A stretch of DNA of 64,000 bases from Octopus vulgaris (taxonomy: Eukaryota), in NCBI GenBank assembly GCA_951406725.2, contig OX597819.1, forward strand, positions 99,820,001-99,884,000, written 5' to 3'. The stretch's first letter is position 1. Every line of letters starts with the position of its first letter. A model generated the notes under the pieces. It was not told the origin of the DNA and made no database searches. It worked only from the letters and a program-made list of their open reading frames with translations. This document shows positions 13,382 to 27,839 of the stretch, piece after piece. The translations under genes were made by a program, and so were the position numbers.

Positions 13382-14292
13382 TATAATAATAATAATAATA
13401 ATAATAATAACAGTGTACTCATCTAACTATGATAGCTACTAAAAGCGTCAATGATAACAACGTCATCACTTTAGCTTATCATCCACCGCCTCCACATTGT
13501 CATTATCATCACCATCATAATGATCATTATCCTCATTATCGTCGTTGTCGTTGTCGTCGTCGTCTCGACATCATCATCATCCTCATCCACAATAACAGCA
13601 AGAACAAAAACAACAAGGAAGCCAATGTCAGCATGAACATCAGGAATAAGGACAAACAAACGATAACGGAAGATATCAAAAGCTATTTTCTAGCGCTATC
13701 GTCATCATTCTAATCAGTTACCTATCATTTACCTTTCCTACTATATCTGATATCCGTCAAAGTGTACTGAATATTTTCCAGCGAACCTGATATCCGTTAC
13801 AATGTTCTAGATATTTCCATGATACTCTTTGACCTGGTAATCCCATACAAATTAATTGCATTGATCAGTGCTTTTTTTTGTTATTTTTTGCACTCAAAAT
13901 AATTCAGTTGAAGATATCAAGAATGTTTTGGCTGCCATTTTTATTTGCTATACTTTATTTTTATCTTTTCATTTTTGTGTTCGATTTTTTTTTTTCTATA
14001 TGCTTATCTTTTACTTTTTTTAATTCTTTTTCCTTCAATGGTAGTTTGTCAGGAAGTGCAAAAGATATTGCTGCGATTATCTTTTGTAACGAATATCGTT
14101 TGATAGTAAATACGCGAACCAACAAAATAGCGAATATCGATTTGAGTTTTATAATCACCTAGTATTAATTCTAAATATATAGACTAAGATAGAAGTGGTA
14201 TAATGAAGTGAAGCGACTCCAGTTTAATAACTGGTGGTTTTACATTTACGCATGAGGTTTCAAATTTAATGCCGATCTGGTATGATCTTAGG

Positions 14293-14363
<71 letters not shown>

Positions 14364-16479
14364 AGTTACAGTATATGTTTCGTAGCGAATTAAATGTTGT
14401 CTAAGGATATTTATTTTATTCCATGTTCTTCGGTATCTTTTCATGATCTAAGAGAATAATGAGGACATGCTCCTAATTTCTTGTCAAAGAGCACCCGTAC
14501 AAGATGCGTTGATAGAAACAATATATTGAGGCGGTTTTAACCAGGGATGAAGCTGTATCACCAAATCATTATCAGCAATTCACTACATCTGTTTATAAAC
14601 TATTAATGGTGTTGTTCTTTTTTTTTAACTGCATCACTGTTTGAATTGAGACATATGTGTCAGTGAATTAGATATTACAATACCTCCAATTCAAGCCTAT
14701 ACGGTGATGGGCAACACTCAAATCCAATCCTCTATGCTACTCCAGTTCATTAGGTTACATTCTATTGTAACATTTGCTTTTAGATATAATTAATATTCGT
14801 TCTTTGTCGACACATCTTGTCAACAGCTGTGTTTTTTTTTTCTTCATCTAATGCAAGAATACGGATTATTTTTTAATACTAAAGTCCGGTTGTAACAATA
14901 TAATCCCCTAATAATATGTGTCGAAGTTGAAAAGAACAAATACTTGATATGTATTATTCATTAGGGTTTTGGTCATAAAAATTAACTATTTGTTCATATT
15001 TATAGAAATTTCGTCGCCGGTGATGAATTTAAAGATTAATACAGGTGAAATTCTGTCTGTCACCAATGACCCTAGGTTTTCGTGCCCTCATGTATTGCGG
15101 GTATGTCTATGTTGTGAAAGGTATCCATTGTTCAGCATTACAAGAAATCAACACACCTTCTTTCAATTATCCTATTGCGTTGTGTTTTACAAAATTGCCA
15201 TACTGCTCCCCATGTAACAATTTCACTGAAATTAACTGGAATATATATTTCAATTCCATCTACATATATAAAGATGAAATTGCTTTTGCATTAGTTAAGC
15301 TGGCAAATCTTCTAAATATAGAGCCACCGGCTACTAGGCCAACACTTAATCAACGTGTGTCTTCCAATAAACATCATCACTTAGTAATTATCTGCTGCTC
15401 GATTTATACAATTTCTGCTTCCATCTTGTACAGTTTAAAGGTTGATTAATAACGCAACGATTCCTTAAACAAAAATAGTGTCTTTGCTAACTGATGTTAA
15501 GCATCTTTTTAAAACTTCCTTAATTGCACTTGGTACCTTAAGCATTTGAGATTCATTAGTAAATCAGAGATCTTTCGGCAAGCGAATTAAATGACTTTCA
15601 CATAATGTAGTGCATGTGTGTGAAAGCTGCTTAGGCAACATCGTAAGGAATCTTACACATAGACACAACCACACTGTATGAATAATTGTAAGAGCAACAT
15701 TGTCAATGATAATAATAACAAAATTTGTAGGAACATCAATGACATTAATTGTGGCAGCAGACACAGCAACTCTAATATCAAAGATTCAGGGACAATAATA
15801 ACCAAATTGACCTGATTTGCCAGTACTTCGTCAGTAATTACAACGTAATTTGAAGTCCTCACTAACTTCCTAATTGTGGTGTTTCCTAATATATTTAAGA
15901 CTCAGTGTTAACCGAATCGATTGAAATAGTTATATCACCTATTAATCCGCAGAGGTGCAGTAGAATATATTGTCTTCATATTATGTACCGTGATGAGGTC
16001 GGCTTGGTAGAACCCAAATCTCACCAAATTGTAGCCAAAAATATTTAAACTCAACACTTTTAGTTAAAGAAATGTTATTGATACATAGCTGCCGAGAGAG
16101 CTGCATATTTAAAGTATTGTGCTAAAAATTTGTTTTTAATTCATTAAGATTACCATCGTAATTAAGGAAAATGTTCCTTTGATTGGAAATTTATAATTAT
16201 TGTCCGGAAAGTCAAGAAAGACAATTCCTAAAATCAAATAAATTAAAAAAACCAATGGGTTGAGGAGTGAAATTTATCATTGGTAAAGCACAATAACAAA
16301 TCTGGATATGTTTGTGTCTTATCAGACTTCCTAACAGAGGTATAGAAATAAACTATGGAGTACGTACAAGATATACGTTGAGTGAGAAAATAAAGATTTA
16401 TAGTGAAAATATTGACCGATTAGGCAAATGACAATAATGACTTCCCTGAGAAATTTTCCTCAGTCGCTACATACACAGT

Positions 16480-16800
16480 GTAATATCGCATACAAGAGGA
16501 CACTAGCTACATCTACGTTAAATATATTGGCCGTAGATGTACGACAGAGCCAATCACAAGATGTGGAGTAGTCGATGGACAGTGCAGTATACCACCCATT
16601 ATGGATACCTAACCTATCTTTGTGGATTTGTGACACGAAGCAAAGCAGGCCTAGCTTTCCACTCGAGAAAACACATAGTAAATGATCCACAAGTACTCAA
16701 GCAAACCGAATCCTCAACTTGTTCCATTTGCCAAGAGATTTGCAAGGCACCAGCAGGCCTGAAGTGTCACATTCGTGTCCATAAAACATGATTAACGCTT
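16480..16800 (+). mobile_element. Probable 3' end of an RTE-type LINE ORF with C2H2-like zinc motifs
   Basis: ORF 16537-16791 ends in CGFVTRSKAGLAFHSRKH...CSICQEICKAPAGLKCHIRVHKT*. It has no TGEKP linkers, and the AGLxxHxRxH ending is typical of RTE C-termini. Confidence 0.5.
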
Positions 16801-17029
16801 TATTTTACTGAAATCCTATTTGTTGTTCACACGAGACTAGATAGATAGATAGATAGATGATTATTTGAGATATCCCATTGACCTGTTGATCCGATATTTT
16901 TTCAGTGTGTAACCAGTTCCTCAAACAAAGACAAATATATTATTATTCTATTTTTCTTCGATATCGAGTACTTTGTAACCCAGCTACCAATTCCGACAGA
17001 TGTGTGTGTATGCGCGTGCTAATTTTTGC

Positions 17030-17600
17030 GTTGTGTTCTATTTTGATCTGTCTGTTCTATTGTATTCTATAAATATAACCTGCATGGCTTTTTGAGGAGT
17101 TATTTTCCTATTGTTAGTTTTAGAATGTGGTGATTTCTGCATTCTAGTCGATAATTGTTGTAACTTCATAGTGAACTGACGTGGAAATGTTGTTGCTGTA
17201 TGGCCCACGTAAGTTTTAATCATGTATATTACGACTTCAGTAATAGTTTTTCTTTATAAAACATCAGTCATCCGATATGTGTCCAGGTCCATGGGAGCTT
17301 CATTAGTGTTGACTAACATTTGGTCAGTGCTGAGTGAGTAACTTATGATCAAATTCTTCCCATCTGTGACAATTCCATTTTTTTTTTGCATGTTCGTGAC
17401 TACATAATCCAAATATGTCGTATTTCATTTCGGTTACAGTGGTGTAACTTTTGTAGATTTGGTTGCAATTCTTAACAAGTTGAACGATCGTATTGAGATA
17501 TACTTGATATTTATTTTTTATTGAGGGTGAATAGATATTATTGAGGGTGAAAAGATATTCTCTGTTGTTGTTGTTTATCGCTTTCATCCAAAAGGTGCTC
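17030..17600 (-). mobile_element. Highly decayed LINE APE-endonuclease relic
   Basis: Minus-strand YLFTLNNIYSP (cf. INIYAP) and a downstream IID* (cf. RIDY), heavily disrupted. Confidence 0.3.
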
Positions 17601-18633
17601 GATTTAGTACATCACATTTCTACATTGAGGAACTACATTGAGCAATGCCCTCCTCGTTATTATGGACAGTGTGTGTGTAATTTATAATTAAGTATAAATT
17701 TTGAAAGGGGGAGAGATGGAAAGAGTGATTGGGAGAGAGAGAGAGTGAGAGAGAAAGTGCATTGGAGAAAACTTTGGAAGGATCTAGTGAGAAGTATTCT
17801 ACAATTTTATGTTGCATGATTACATTTTCAACTGTTTTTTTATAGCCAAGGTGAATTTTACCATAATATGCATTACGGTAATGCAGGTTATGAGACTTAC
17901 AGTTTATAACAAAACTGTTTATGAGAGTTTTATATCTTTTTACTTGTTTATGCTGTGTCAGTGGTTTTACTATAGAATTCTGTGAACCCGTTCCCAAATG
18001 TGTGCATATATATTTTTGTATATGCACATAAGCACGATCCCAACTATGTAGGACGTACCCCATTGAGAATACCACATGCACCAATGATAACTGCATTGTA
18101 TGTAAGATTAACCCTGGTGTTAACTGTAGAACTAGAAATGTCTATAGCATAATGTGCATTGATGGTGATTGTAAAGTATTAGCTGTTATAAACACATGTA
18201 ATGATAGATTTATTTCCCTGATTGCAGACAACTATTTGTTCCGAAGTACTTAACAGTTTTCTGGGTGATGTGTGCATTTTATTCCAATAGACAAATATCT
18301 ATACACATACACGTAAATATACTAATACAACTATGGCCTTGCTAATAGTAAATATAGTTTACAGAAAACGTTATTTTTTATTCCCTGTGTACCCGTAGAC
18401 ATTAGAACTCTATCAACCTAAGTGATACGATAATTCAATGTCGTTAAACAACACGTTTTTATTTCAAAATGTCCATACAGAATAATTTCGAATTGAATAG
18501 TAATTAAAAGAGGAAGTGACTATTTTCAAACGCAACACCCATAATAAAACAGATTTTGGATTAACGCCTGTTTTTGAGATAATGTGGTGATCGAAATTTT
18601 TTTGCAAATTTAGTAATGTAATTTATAAATTGA

Positions 18634-18850
18634 CTAGCTATTTTGACCCGTGCTTCGCTCGGGTTTTGGTGGTGATAGCAACCAAACGGTGGCCCCGAGC
18701 GACTTGTAATCCTCCTCATACCATTCCCTACCCCATTTTACCTCCCAGTGTAAATTTTGCCGCTAATCCGACCCCACCTACCGTTCCCATCCCAAAATGA
18801 GACAAATAACCAAGAAATCAAACAACTTTATCGCATTTCAGCTTTATAGA
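18634..18850 (-). mobile_element. Complete 217-bp non-autonomous Helitron
   Basis: Minus strand starts A|TCTATAAAGC and ends with hairpin acccgagcgaagcacgggt followed by CTAG|T, i.e. insertion between A and T without a TSD. Confidence 0.8.
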
Positions 18851-19638
18851 TATTCATGAAATGCAAGATCTTTCGGGTCAGACATGTAATGTGGACAGGA
18901 AATGTTGCTGAGATAAGAAAAAAAAATCTATATACGGCAAGTTTCGTTCAACTGAAATATGTCTTGTTTTTATGATTACTTACAACAAAAGAATAATATT
19001 ACTTCACTGGTTCTTTAGTTTGACTGGGTTCTTTTGAAGGGAGAGATAAGAAAGCTTTGTGTTCTGTTTTAAATCAATGCATGACTGGGAAGTGCTGCTT
19101 TCTCATTGACCCAGCAAAACATTGAATAATGGCGAACGACTGAAACTACACCTGGTTGCATAAATATTGTTACATTCGTTCACAAAATGTTGACGCACAC
19201 GTCATATAGGTAGAATATACTGGGCCAAAGCACCTTACAATAGGATACAAACCAGTATCATACCGGCGACTATTGCCAATTATTCTGAGGTTTAGTATAG
19301 TTGCTGTTACGGTTAGAGTGATAATATTGGGAATGACATACATTGGATATTGTGAACAGTGTTGTTTAATCCTTGGTCAGTTTTGATCCTGTTGACCTAT
19401 TATCAAAGTTTCCAGCCGTATACATAGTGTACTTTCACGGTACAGTCCAACTAGGATCACACTATTGACTGTGTTTATTCTTATCTTCAGTGGTATAGTG
19501 TGATTTCAGAGAGACTCTACTTCCAGTGCCTAACTGTTTTTCGTTTCGGATCTCTTCTTTTGCTTGCCCTTTTTTAACTACACGTTCATCTTCGTATAGG
19601 AAAGATATATAATTAATAACATTCCATGCTGTACAGTA

Positions 19639-20170
19639 TAGTAATCCTTCGACTATCGCGGTTCTTACGTTCCAAAATCCCCTGCGATAGGTGAAAATCC
19701 GCGAAATAGAAACAGTACTGTAATGTATATTTTTTATATTATTTTTATAATTTGTATATATTTTATTATTTTTATGCATCTAAGCTTTTACAGACTCTCC
19801 CCACACTCTTAGAAGTACCCGTGTCTTCTCTTTCTTAGCCTCCCGAGTTTCGATTTCCAAACAATATGTGAGACTCTTTATTTACTCATCTACGGCACAC
19901 TACATATGTCTTTTAATATATTTTAATCAATGTCTTATACAGTGCACTACTGTACTGTGTTTCTATTTATCAATTTATTAATTTTTATGCGTGAAAATGC
20001 TTATTTTACCACAGAAATAATTAAAAGCTAAAAAATTTAAATACCTATCTGTCGCAGAAACCCGCGATATACTAAGGATACCGTGATATAAATTTACATA
20101 TATTAGTCAGAAAAATAGGCGGTGTACTGAGGGCTCGATAGGTGAACCGCGTTATGGTGAGAAATAATTA
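19639..20170. mobile_element. Tigger/pogo-like MITE, degenerate
   Basis: Left end tagtaatccttcgactatcgcggtt with an imperfect inverted right end aaccgcgttatggtgagaaataatta; repeated cgataggtgaa subterminal motifs. Confidence 0.5.
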
Positions 20171-20519
20171 TATTTAGAAGTATATTAACTAGTTTTGATT
20201 TCTTATATAAGAGGGCAATGCGTCTCTATTTTTAGCAGTACTTGTAAATGGGGTTGGTGGTGAAATAGATGTGGTTATAATCTTTATGATGGCGGTAGTC
20301 GTAGTTGTTTAGGCACGAGTCTTCCCAACCAAACCAATCCTTTTATTAAATACTTCCTAGCTATGAAAAGCCTATTTTTCCGATGGTGTAGGATCAGTTT
20401 CTCCTATGAAAGAGAAATAGAGGTATTTTATCTTAATGTTGACGATGATTATGACGACGAGATGACAGCAACGAAGGAGACGACAATGACAATGAAGATG
20501 ATGATGATGATGTCATAAT

Positions 20520-21730
20520 CGTTAGAACGATGGACAAAATGCTTAGCGGCATTTCTTTCGACTCTTTATGTTCCAAGTTCAAATGCCACCGAGGTTAAAT
20601 TTGCCTTTCATTCTGTCTTGGTTAGTGAAATAAGTACCAGTTGAGCATTGGGGGTCAATACAATCGACTATTCCTTGCCCTCAGCATTGGAGGCCTTGAG
20701 CCAAAGTTGAACAGGTCATTATTATTCGTGATAGCACTAATATTAAGCAGCGAGCTGGCCAAATCGTGTGCGCGTCACCAAAAATACCCTTATTTTTTTC
20801 TGCTCTTTATCATTTGAGTTCAAATTCAGCCGAGATCCACTTTACCTATTACCATGTACCAGCCAACTACTAAATTCGATGTAATCGACTTGCCCCTTTC
20901 CTAAGCTTGTTCCAAAATTTAAATCCTTTATTATTACTATCGTCAGGGCGTCGAACTGGTAGAACAGTTAGCACGCCGGGAGAAATGCTTAGCGGTATTT
21001 CGTCCGACGCTACGTACTGAGTTCAAATTCTGCCGAGGTCAACTTTGTAATCGACTTAATCCGTTTGTGTGTCCTTGTTTGTCCCCTCTGTGTTTAGCCC
21101 CTTGTGGGTAGTAAAGAAATAGGTATTTCGTCCGGCGCTATGTTCTGAGTTCAAATTCCGCCGAGGTCGACTTTGCCTTTTATCTTTTCGGGTCGATTAA
21201 ATAACTACCAGTTACGCACTGAGGTCGATGTAATCGACTTAATCCGTTTGTCTGTCCTTGTTTGTCCTCTCTGTATTTAGCCCCTTGTCGGTAGTAAAGA
21301 AATAGGTATTTCGTCCGCCTTTACGTTCTAAGTTCAAATTCTGCTGAGGTTGACTTTGTCTTCAATCTTTTCGGGTCGATAAAATAAAGTACAAGTTTCA
21401 CACTTGGGCCTATGCAGTCGACTAGCCCCTTCTACTAAAATTTCGGTGCCTGTGCCTGCAGTTGGTAGGATTATAATATCATCATCATCATCATCATCAT
21501 CACTTCCAGCTGGTGGTTGAGTAGAATCATCAAAACGTCAGAAAATGTTTGGAGATATAATCCGGTTCTTTGCATTTTGCGTTCAAATCCAATCACGGTC
21601 AACTTAGCTTTCCTCTGTGTAGCAATCGATAAAATAAAGTACTTGTCCAGTTTTGGAGTCAACAATATCAACTAACTAGCTCACCATCGAAATCGCTATC
21701 CTTGTTCCTAAATTCGAAACAGTTATTAAT
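20520..21730 (+). mobile_element. Cluster of at least 6 same-orientation family-A SINE copies
   Basis: Repeated gttcaaat...gccgagg...tttgcctt cores near 20577, 20818, 21021, 21150, 21332 and 21581. Confidence 0.85.
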
Positions 21731-21919
21731 TCTATTTGATAAACCTTCTTTCTATTTGACCCTTGTTTCCGTCTCTCCCACCTCTGTCCCTCCAGCCAAT
21801 ATTCATTTCTACTATCCCTTCTTCCTTTTCATGACAAATATGTTCGAAGTTTATCTCTTCTACTTCAACATCAACTGTCTCATGACTCTCCCATTCACTT
21901 TTCATATTTATATGTTGTC

Positions 21920-21922
21920 TCT

Positions 21923-21975
<53 letters not shown>

Positions 21976-22819
21976 CTCTCTATCTCTCACTTACTCGTCT
22001 TTCTATATCACTTTATCTTCTCTTTCTTTCACATGCATACACACTGTAACTCAAACCTTCAGATAAATCACTTTCTTTATTCTAAATCTCTTCACTTTCT
22101 GTCCCCCACCCACGAATCATCCCCTATCACTGTCTTCTCTCTATCGCTCTCCTACTCTCCTTTTCTCTCCTCTCACACATTTTCATCTCCTTTTCATTCT
22201 CAGCACTTCCCCATTTCAAAGACGGCCACAAACCTCTATTCTCTCTTTTTCTCTCTCTCTCTTTCTCTCTCTCTCTTTCTATCCCTTCGCAGACATTTTC
22301 CTCCTCTCATGCACTTCCTACGCCCTCGCAGATACTCTCTCCCTTCTCACGCAACCTCCTTCTCTCCCATTTTCTTTCTCCCTCTATTTCTCTCTCTTCC
22401 TCCCTTATAACTTCTGTCTGAATTCTACCCATTACTAACCATTCTCTCCTTCAATTTTCACCGCTACTCGTTCACATTTTTTCCTTCTTTATCTCCCGTA
22501 TCCCTAACTTTACTAACTCTCAGTATTTTTATTTCCCCCCTCTCTCTCTCTCTCCGTCTCTCTCTCTCCCCATTTTCATTTTCTCTCTTCATCTCTGTAT
22601 CATACTCCATTTCCCAACTTTTCACACTTATCAAATTCATTCTCTCCGTCCCTAGTTTTCCTCGCATTTATCTCTCCCGATCTACCTTTCCCATTACTCC
22701 TTCTGATTCTCACATTTTCGTCCCTCATTCCAATAACTTTCTCCCACACCGATTTCATTTCAGCTCTCCTTTCTCTCTTCTTTTCATCGCCTTTCTAGCT
22801 CATAATCTCCCTCTTTCTC

Positions 22820-22868
<49 letters not shown>

Positions 22869-23112
22869 TCTCTCTCTCTCTACCTCTACCTCTCTCTTCT
22901 TTTCTTCCGATCCTCTCTGCACCATTCTTCACAGATTCCTTACTTATTTTCATCGTCTGTCTCCTTTTTTCTCTCACCGTACATGTGTATGTGTTATTTT
23001 GTGTGTGAGTGTGTGTATTACACGCATAAGTTTATACATATATATGTGTATGTATGTGTGTGTATTTATGTGCATGTATGTATATATGTGTATATATATA
23101 TGCATTTATAAA

Positions 23113-23162
<50 letters not shown>

Positions 23163-23450
23163 GATATATATATATATATAGATTAAACAGATACATACAT
23201 ATATATACATCTACATATACACATATATATATCAGTTTTCTTTAAAAACGCCTCCTCTCCCCTCCATTCAATGTCTTTTATCCATGCTTCCTTCTATATC
23301 CCCCTCTCTCTCTCCTCCAATCAACATCTTTCTTTCCCTTTTCCTCACATCTATTCCTGCTTCCCCCAGCCCCTCTCTTTCGCTGTCTTTTCCCAGTGCT
23401 CGACACCTCTCTCTTCCTCTCGCTCCCTCTGTGTCTTCTCCTCCCACACT
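21920..23450 (+). repeat. Long polypyrimidine (CT-rich) low-complexity tract immediately upstream of the gene
   Basis: (CT)n, (CTTT)n and degenerate C/T-rich sequence over ~1.5 kb, interrupted by a (TA)n block. Confidence 0.8.
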
Positions 23451-23555
23451 GCTACACAACTCGAAGCGACCACACGGTAGCAGACAACATCAGTTGTTGT
23501 CCGTGTGACTGTGTAGGCCGGATTCAGCAATACACACAATAGTGAGGTATGCAGC

Positions 23556-23899
23556 ATGAGAACGGGGGTCGACCATTTCCTAGTTCCATGGTGCATCCTG
23601 GCCACTTTCGGCTACAGCACATCCGTCATGGTAGCGGAAGACACCAGAAATCCTGATTTCCCGCCAGAGAAGCGAACCCTGCTCGACAAATTCGTCAACG
23701 ACTTGATTGTATGTCGAAAATTACCCGGTTTGACACTGTCTTTGGTTGGAGGTGGCCGTAATCTTTTTGCCAGAGGTTATGGCTTGAAGGAACTGACCAA
23801 ATTCGAACCTGTTACTAACGAAACTCTATTCTGTATCGGTTCACTGACCAAAGGATTCACCGCTACGATACTGGCCATGCTTGTCGGCGAAAACGATAG
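23556..23899 (+). CDS. Exon 1 of a putatively secreted serine beta-lactamase / penicillin-binding-like hydrolase (PF00144-type, gigasin-6-like)
   Basis: ATG at 23556 and a moderately hydrophobic N-terminus, then LPGLTLSLV, FARGYG and PVTNETLFCIGSLTKGFTATILAMLV (FxIGSxTK = catalytic SxxK). Donor AG|GTAAGT at 23900, phase 2. Confidence 0.92.
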
Positions 23900-24230
23900 G
23901 TAAGTCACTGAGTGTATATATACACACGCACATTCACAAATATACACAAATATACACACATACAATATATATACAAACATATAAATACATATACACACAC
24001 ATACAGAGGTAGCGGCACATATACACACATGTACACTCAAAACACGTATAGGCATTCATACGCAAACACATAAATACATGCTTTATCAAAAATAATACTT
24101 TGGCATTTTATTTCTCTCTCTTTCTGTTCCTTTTCTCATTAGTTTCTCATCAGTTCTCTCTCTCCCTCTCTCTCTCTCTCACGATATATATATATACATA
24201 TATATATAAATATATGTGTATGTGTGTATG

Positions 24231-24283
<53 letters not shown>

Positions 24284-24335
24284 GTTTATATATATATGTT
24301 TATATATATATATGTTTATATATATATATGTTTAC

Positions 24336-24400
<65 letters not shown>

Positions 24401-24428
24401 ATGAGAGAGAAAGACAGAGATCCCTATA

Positions 24429-24465
<37 letters not shown>

Positions 24466-25003
24466 CCACAGAGAGTGAGAGAGAGAGAGAAAGAGAGTGA
24501 CAGACAAACAGACAGATAGACAGACAGACAGATAGGTAGATAGATAGATAGATGGATGGATAGATGTACATACATATGCACATGTGTGTGTGCGCGCGTT
24601 TATATAAACGCGCACAAAAGGACAAACACACAAACACACTCAGAGGCATTGATAGAGAGAGACGAAAAGATGAGTGTGAGAGAGAAAAAAGTGAGAGAGG
24701 GTGTTTGTATTTGCAAATGTATTGATATTACTCTCTATCGTTTCTCTCTAAAATTATTTACTACACACGCATACATATACAGATGTCACATCAGCGCACA
24801 CTTATATATTTGCAACCTACACACACAGAAATAAAACTACATTCATTGTATTTTGTATTCACACATACTGTAATATATAATCAGAACTGCATGCATATTT
24901 GTGAGTAAATATGGGTTTGTGTGTGTCTATATGCATGTTTATATACATATATGTGTGTATATATATGCATGCATTTATGTATAAATATATATGTATATAT
25001 ATA

Positions 25004-25099
<96 letters not shown>

Positions 25100-25149
25100 T
25101 GTATGTATGTATGTATGTATATGTATATATATATCCATATGCATATGTA

Positions 25150-25320
25150 TATATTCTTTTCTACTCTAGGCACAAGGCCCGAAATTTTTGGGGAGGGAGC
25201 CAGTCGATTAGATCGACCCCAGTACACAAATGGTACTTAATTAATCGAATCCGAAAGGATGAAAGGCAAAGTCGACCTCGGCGGAATTTGAACTTATAAC
25301 GTAAAGACAGACGAATGCAT
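25150..25320 (-). mobile_element. Family-A SINE (tail variant 2)
   Basis: gaaaggatgaaaggcaaagtcgacctcggcggaatttgaact core with a ttttctactctaggcacaaggcccgaaatt tail. Confidence 0.8.
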
Positions 25321-25367
25321 GTGTATATATTGAATGATAGATAAGAGGGGTGGTTAGATAGATAGAT

Positions 25368-25470
<103 letters not shown>

Positions 25471-25818
25471 TACACATAATATTTCTCCTGCATACGAGTG
25501 CGAACTGGTATGGTGTACCATGCACCCGCAAAGACTTTAGACACTCATATAATCTCTTAGAGACAGAGATACTCTCTCATCCTAACAACCTATATGCAAC
25601 AAAACATCAAGTATGTGACAGCTGGGGAAGAAACACCCGCGCCAGCACTCGGTTTCTACTCATCTTCAGACCAGTAACCGAGACCAAACTCAATTACTGC
25701 TCATAAATATAACGCGACCCCGGTAACTGAACGCATGATCTTAACCGTTAGGCACGTGCTTCTTGATGTGTGCATTTGTGTGCGTGTGTGTATATCTATC
25801 AGTTTGTCAATCTGTCTG

Positions 25819-25944
<126 letters not shown>

Positions 25945-27400
25945 CCTGTCAGTTCATTTATTTTTTCTATCCATCCATCTGTCCATCGATTCATACATAT
26001 ATGTACATGTATATGCCTACATACGTGTATCGTTATATAAGTTTTATAAACACATGCGGACGATTCTACTTTTCGAGTGTATGTGTGTATGTTCGCAGGC
26101 GTATGTTTTTGCGTGTGATGATTGTGCTAATTTTTGCTTATATATTTATATATATATGTTCTCTTCTGTGTTTAATTGTTTAAATCTTCATTTGAGAGAG
26201 AGGAATTGGTTACTATCAAAGATACAAAACTCCGCCGTTGTGTTGGAATATAAAAACAAAGATAAATTTACATTTTAAACTTAAGAAAAATCTTTTATGT
26301 TCTTACTGTTCCGCTGACAAACTGTATATGTAATGTTCATGCTAACTGGTTGATTTATTTTTGATAGTATGCATATGTCTTTGCATATATGTATGCATTA
26401 TGCACACATATATATATTTAACATATGCATATAACCTGTCTCGCACCTAAAAGCACATTTCACTGAAGCTTATCGCGGTTTAAGGGTGTTTAAATGCCTG
26501 AGAATACAAAAGGTCCCTTTTGAAAAGTTAGAGTTATTCATTTCAGCTGAGTAAAAAGCATCATCATGCAATGAAGTATCTGGCTTAAAGTCACAATGCT
26601 GCAACCTGATGCTCGAAATGAGACACCTCTTCATACAAATGTATGCGTGTGTGTTTCTGTGTATGTGTGTGAATTGCATATATACACATATGTATGTATA
26701 CATTATGCATATGTATGTATATATATATATATATATATATATACATTGTATATGTATATATATATATATATATCTATATGTATATGTATGCATATGTATC
26801 TATCTACATAAACACATACACACACACATATATACGCTCACACAGATGACACACAGACCGCTTACGCAGAACCTCCTATCAAAGACGTACTAATGAGCAA
26901 CTTATAAGAAGTTTGTATAACAAAGGGCCTTATACCAAGGAATTAGTACTTGTATTATAATCTTTGTACCATTGTACAAAAAAAGCACAGCATCCACAGA
27001 TGGGAATATTTGCACGCTTGCCCAACGTTTGATTCCCAAAGAGGCTTTAGTTGCTCATGAAATGGCATGAAGAGGGCGACAGTAATGTGCTTGTAAAACA
27101 AATCATATCTACGTCCCTATTACGTGAGGGTTTCGTAAAAGAACGAAGTACTCGTGGTCAATGATGTAAACATCATCGAATGGCAGAGTACAAGGAATGT
27201 GCAGACAAGAACTGGTCCGCTTTGCTTAAAATTAGTAATGACCATCGGCGGCTAGGTCGAGCGTCTATGTAACTGTGTCCCACATGCGTAACATATGGAT
27301 CTTGATTCGGCACGCTAGCGCACATGCGCGTTCAGTCCCTTTGACTAAGACAAGAAGGACATCGTCGGCATCGGTTGTCAGCTAATGAAAAGTAGGTGTA

Positions 27401-27438
<38 letters not shown>

Positions 27439-27511
27439 CTATGTATATGCGTGTGTGAGTGTGTGTGTGTCTGTGTATGAAGTGCGTGTATGCGCGCGCG
27501 TGTGTATGAAA

Positions 27512-27715
27512 TGCGGTGAGCTGGCAGAATAGGCAGCACGGTATGCAATATCTTCCTGCCGTTTTCACGTTCTAAATTCATATTTCCCCAAGGTCAATTT
27601 TGCCTTTCATATTTTCGTGGCTCATAAAATAAGTACCAGTTGAGTACTGAGGTCGGTGTAATCAACTAAATCCATCTCTCGAAATTGCTGGATTAGTACC
27701 AAAATGTGAAACTAA
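27512..27715 (+). mobile_element. Family-A SINE
   Basis: gcggtgagctggcagaat head and ttgcctttcat...aataagtaccagttgagtactg core. Confidence 0.75.
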
Positions 27716-27793
27716 TATATGCGTGTATGTGTGTGTGCGTGCGTGTATGTGTGTGTGCGTGTGTACGTGTGTATACCTATATATATGCAGTTA

Positions 27794-27839
<46 letters not shown>

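Noticed and set aside
14950-16050. LINE relic on the minus strand (VYWKTHVD...FRRFASLTN)
   Set aside because: Too decayed to delimit or classify with confidence.
16537-16791. Host C2H2 zinc-finger gene
   Set aside because: Only one complete finger, no TGEKP linkers and no exon context; it fits an RTE LINE C-terminus better.
20947-21470. CRISPR-like repeat-spacer array
   Set aside because: The units are ~180-nt SINE bodies without unique spacers, the context is eukaryotic and there are no cas genes.
23556-23903. Bacterial contamination or a recent horizontally acquired beta-lactamase
   Set aside because: The ORF is split by a canonical GT-AG intron with matching phase and is embedded in host repeats.
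25645-25685. CTGAAGA-tgagta-GAAACCG on the minus strand
   Set aside because: No stem I or stem II pairing.
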